Virus record (IMG/VR): IMGVR_UViG_3300001605_000015
Coordinates: 62,001 to 90,183 of that record
Origin: an uncultured virus (IMG/VR IMGVR_UViG_3300001605_000015)
Taxonomy: Duplodnaviria; Heunggongvirae; Uroviricota; Caudoviricetes
Reading direction: 5' to 3' (one strand)
Length of the DNA: 28,183 nt
Below the pieces are notes generated by a model. The model worked only from the letters and a program-made list of their open reading frames with translations. It was not told the DNA's origin and searched no databases. A program made the position numbers and the translations under genes. Below are positions 25,280-28,183 of this stretch, piece by piece. Each line of letters begins with the position of its first letter. Position 1 is the first letter of the stretch.

Positions 25280-25912
25280 ATGTTCAGCACGAAAGCCCTT
25301 CTGCGCAAATCAGAGGAAACACCTGCCAAGCAGGTTACACAACTCAGCTACCGAATCTGCAAGGTAGATAAGGAACAGCGTCTTGTTACGGGGGTTGTTT
25401 ATAGCCCCTTCGTGCTAGACAGCCACGGTCACTACATGACAGACGTGGACGTTCAAAAGACAGCCCATTCTTTCTTGGAACTTGGGCTTCAAAACCAGAT
25501 CGACATCATGCACGATAACGAGGTTGTAAACGCCGTTATCGTGGAAAGCTACATACAGAAGCAGGACGACGAGTATGCCCCTGCCGGATCGTGGGTTGCC
25601 ACCACAAAGATCAACGATCCTACTGTGTGGAACAAGGTTAAGCGCGGCGAGTTGAACGGCTACAGTATGGAAATCCGCAGCTACATGTATGAGCATGACG
25701 CTGACATAGAATACGATTCTTGGTCGTATGGAGAAACCATGCCTGATCCGACAGATGGACACACCCACTTTTATCTGGTAAAAATGGACTCTCAAGGGAA
25801 TGTGTTCTACGGAAACACCAGCCAAGGCGGCGAAGACAACCATACCCATACAATTACCAGCTTGTCCGTTACGGAAATTACGAATAAACATACTCACAGG
25901 ATTGTGTTGTGA
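25280..25912 (+). CDS. XkdF-like prohead serine protease with C-terminal HTH (His-Thr-His) repeats
   Basis: RLVTGVVYSP...DSHG, IDIMH, VESYI, GSWV, WNKVKRGELNGYS. Confidence 0.85.
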   Translation: MFSTKALLRKSEETPAKQVTQLSYRICKVDKEQRLVTGVVYSPFVLDSHGHYMTDVDVQKTAHSFLELGLQNQIDIMHDNEVVNAVIVESYIQKQDDEYAPAGSWVATTKINDPTVWNKVKRGELNGYSMEIRSYMYEHDADIEYDSWSYGETMPDPTDGHTHFYLVKMDSQGNVFYGNTSQGGEDNHTHTITSLSVTEITNKHTHRIVL

Positions 25913-25922
25913 GGGATAGGAT

Positions 25923-27317
25923 ATGAAACCGCGCAAAAAGACTTATCGTCGCAAGGTGACGGCACTCATTGACGGAACCCCCTCCTTCGTATCCCTTGTT
26001 GATCGGGGCGCTTCTGGTTCGCCCTTCACGTCTGTAAAGAAAGAGGACAGCCCCATGAAAATCAAGGCACGGGCGGTTGCAGCGCCCGAAAAGAAAGTCG
26101 CTGCAAAATCGAACAAGTCTGTCGAAACTGCGGAAAAGCGTGTGAAGGCCGCTGCGGAAGCCGACTCGACGGAGACTGTAATCACCAAGTTCGTTTTCCA
26201 GAAGTCGGCGGGCTATGAGTCCGTTGATTCCGTCAAAGCGTTCATGGAGAACTCGGATTTCGAAGGCGAAATGACCTTCGAAGACAACGACGAAACCATC
26301 GTTGTCTACAACTCCGATGTTTCTGAGCGCACTGTTGTCAAGGAAAGCGACATTGCAACTGGTGAAGACGGCGTGACCGCCACTGTCGCACATCTTCTGA
26401 TCGAAGAAGAGCAGACTTCTGTCACCAAGTCCGACGATATGGACGATGACGAAGAAGACGACACGGAAACCGCGACTGGCAAAGGCAAGGGCAAGAAAAA
26501 GCCCATGACCAATGAAAAGTCGGATGACGATCCTGACGAAGACGAGGACGACGAAGACGAAACCGATCTTGAAAAGGCTGCTGACGGCGAGAAAAAGAAG
26601 CCGGGATACAAGGCCGAAGACGAGCCTGCCCAGCTTTCCAAGCGTGAGCTTTTCCTCGCCAACCTGCAAAAGCAGGAAGAGCCTGTCGTTGTTCAGAAGT
26701 TCGACCACTACGAAGTGTGGACTGAGCGCAATGAAACCGACTTCGCTTCACTGATGAAAGCCGGTATGGCTGACGGCGCGGCTCCGGGTCTTGAAGACGT
26801 TCTCTGGACCTTCGGCCAAGCCGTTCGCAAGAGCCTGCGCAAAGGCGATGCCACCGTTGGCGAACAGCTTCGCAAGGATGCTGCGTCGATGGTCGATTTG
26901 GTCATTGCACAGAACGAGCTTTTCAGCACCATTCTCGAAGCTACTCCCGAGGATGTGACGAAAGCAGAGAAATCCTACGAAGATTTGCAAAAGTGGGCTA
27001 CCGACTTTGGCACGTCTCTACTGAAAGAGGGCGAAGAAAAATCGTCCGTTACCAAGTCCGACAAAGCTGCCGCCAATAACCCGGTTATTACGGTCGATGT
27101 TGCTTCCGAAGTGGAAAAGCATCTGGCTCCTATCGTGGAAACGGTGCAGAAGCTTGCAAAAACGGTTGACAAGATCGCCACTCGCAAGCAAGTATCCAAG
27201 TCGGTTCCTACCGCTGAACTCTCGACCGATGAGCCTGCCACGGGCAAGTCCAAAGAGACCACTACCAAGTCTTCGGCTGCGGCGAATCAACTCGCTCAAG
27301 TCGTGTTCGGGCGTTAA
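25923..27317 (+). CDS. head scaffolding-like protein
   Basis: lies between protease and MCP; charged low-complexity sequence; repeated V(T/V)K(S/A); N-terminal VSLVDRGA. Confidence 0.7.
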   Translation: MKPRKKTYRRKVTALIDGTPSFVSLVDRGASGSPFTSVKKEDSPMKIKARAVAAPEKKVAAKSNKSVETAEKRVKAAAEADSTETVITKFVFQKSAGYESVDSVKAFMENSDFEGEMTFEDNDETIVVYNSDVSERTVVKESDIATGEDGVTATVAHLLIEEEQTSVTKSDDMDDDEEDDTETATGKGKGKKKPMTNEKSDDDPDEDEDDEDETDLEKAADGEKKKPGYKAEDEPAQLSKRELFLANLQKQEEPVVVQKFDHYEVWTERNETDFASLMKAGMADGAAPGLEDVLWTFGQAVRKSLRKGDATVGEQLRKDAASMVDLVIAQNELFSTILEATPEDVTKAEKSYEDLQKWATDFGTSLLKEGEEKSSVTKSDKAAANNPVITVDVASEVEKHLAPIVETVQKLAKTVDKIATRKQVSKSVPTAELSTDEPATGKSKETTTKSSAAANQLAQVVFGR

Positions 27318-27341
27318 TAGCCAGACCAGAAAGGAAACCAC

Positions 27342-28183
27342 ATGGATACCAAGGCTCTTCTCCAAAAGGCCGACATTGCGTTGGCAAACATCATCAATGA
27401 CGGCGGCTATATGCAGCCTGAGATGTCAAACCGCTTCGTCCGCATCATGATGGAAGAAGCACCCCTGCTTTCGCAGGTTCGTATGGTCACGATGGGTCGC
27501 CCCCAGATGATCATCAACAAGCTGAACCTTGCGGAACGTGCTCTGCGCGTGGCGAATCAGGGCCTCATTTCGTCGCCCAACAACGCCGACTTCCGTGAGC
27601 GGGCGCTTGCTCGTAACGACCGCACCCGTATCACCACGTCGCAAATCGACCTGAACACCTTCGAAGCTATCGCGGAAGTCAACATTCCGTTCGAAGTTCT
27701 CGAAGACAACATCGAAGGCGGCACCATCGACAACACCCAGTTTGAAGAAACCGTGCTGTCGCGTCTGGCTGAGCGGATTCGGATCGACATCGAAGACCTG
27801 ATCATCAACGGCGACACGACCTCGGCAGACCCCTACCTGTCGATCCGTGATGGCGTTCTTCGCAAGGCTGTTTCGAACATCCTGAACAACTCGGCTGGCC
27901 CGTTCGATGCTGTGATGGTCAAGTCGGCTATCGACCTGCTGCCCGTGCAGTTCAAGCGGCTGCTGCCGCGTATGCGCATGTATACCTCCTACAGCCGCGC
28001 ATATGATTACATGCTGCAAGTTGCTCTGCGTCAGACGATGCTGGGTGACACGGTGATCACGAGCGGCAACGGACACATGACTCCGTTCGGCGTCCAGATG
28101 ATCGGCGTTCCCAACATGCCGAATGATCGTGCGCTGATGCTCGACCCGCAGAACGTGATCATGGGCGTCCAGCGCCAGATGCG
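27342..28183 (+). CDS. major capsid protein (HK97 fold, XkdG-like), truncated by the window end
   Basis: AAGGA RBS; MDTKALLQKADIA...GGYMQPEMSNRF...EVLEDNIEG...IINGDT; open to the window end. Confidence 0.9.
   Translation, partial: MDTKALLQKADIALANIINDGGYMQPEMSNRFVRIMMEEAPLLSQVRMVTMGRPQMIINKLNLAERALRVANQGLISSPNNADFRERALARNDRTRITTSQIDLNTFEAIAEVNIPFEVLEDNIEGGTIDNTQFEETVLSRLAERIRIDIEDLIINGDTTSADPYLSIRDGVLRKAVSNILNNSAGPFDAVMVKSAIDLLPVQFKRLLPRMRMYTSYSRAYDYMLQVALRQTMLGDTVITSGNGHMTPFGVQMIGVPNMPNDRALMLDPQNVIMGVQRQM

Overview
A 28-kb segment of a tailed dsDNA phage genome. Every gene I can support is on the + strand. An alphaproteobacterial host is likely but inferred (TTGCGS-N17/18-TA promoter style, GANTC clustering). 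Region 1-9,200 is an early-type region: small genes, each with its own sigma70-like promoter, separated by terminators and unusual non-coding tracts. Region 9,200-16,200 holds accessory genes, including thyX, an NPPW amino-methyltransferase and a PG-binding/NlpC-P60-type lysin. A SLOG, GT-B glycosyltransferase and ParB-like gene trio follows, directly upstream of the packaging and head module (candidate TerS, TerL, portal, XkdF-like protease, scaffold, major capsid truncated at the window end). The most notable signals are non-coding. (1) A strand-specific triplet pattern: arrays of WGD words (TGA/TGG/TGT/AGA/AGG/AGT) lie between early operons, while the same six words are absent from the + strand over 1.1 kb that contains a gene and 16 GANTC sites. 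(2) A candidate ~100-nt sRNA at 15,177-15,278 is complementary to an ACCACGGAG motif in many ribosome-binding sites. (3) A covarying structured RNA element occurs at two operon ends. (4) More than 20 copies of a TATAAC-N2/3-GTTATA palindrome are spread across the window. All calls come from manual reading and motif recognition; no database searches were run.
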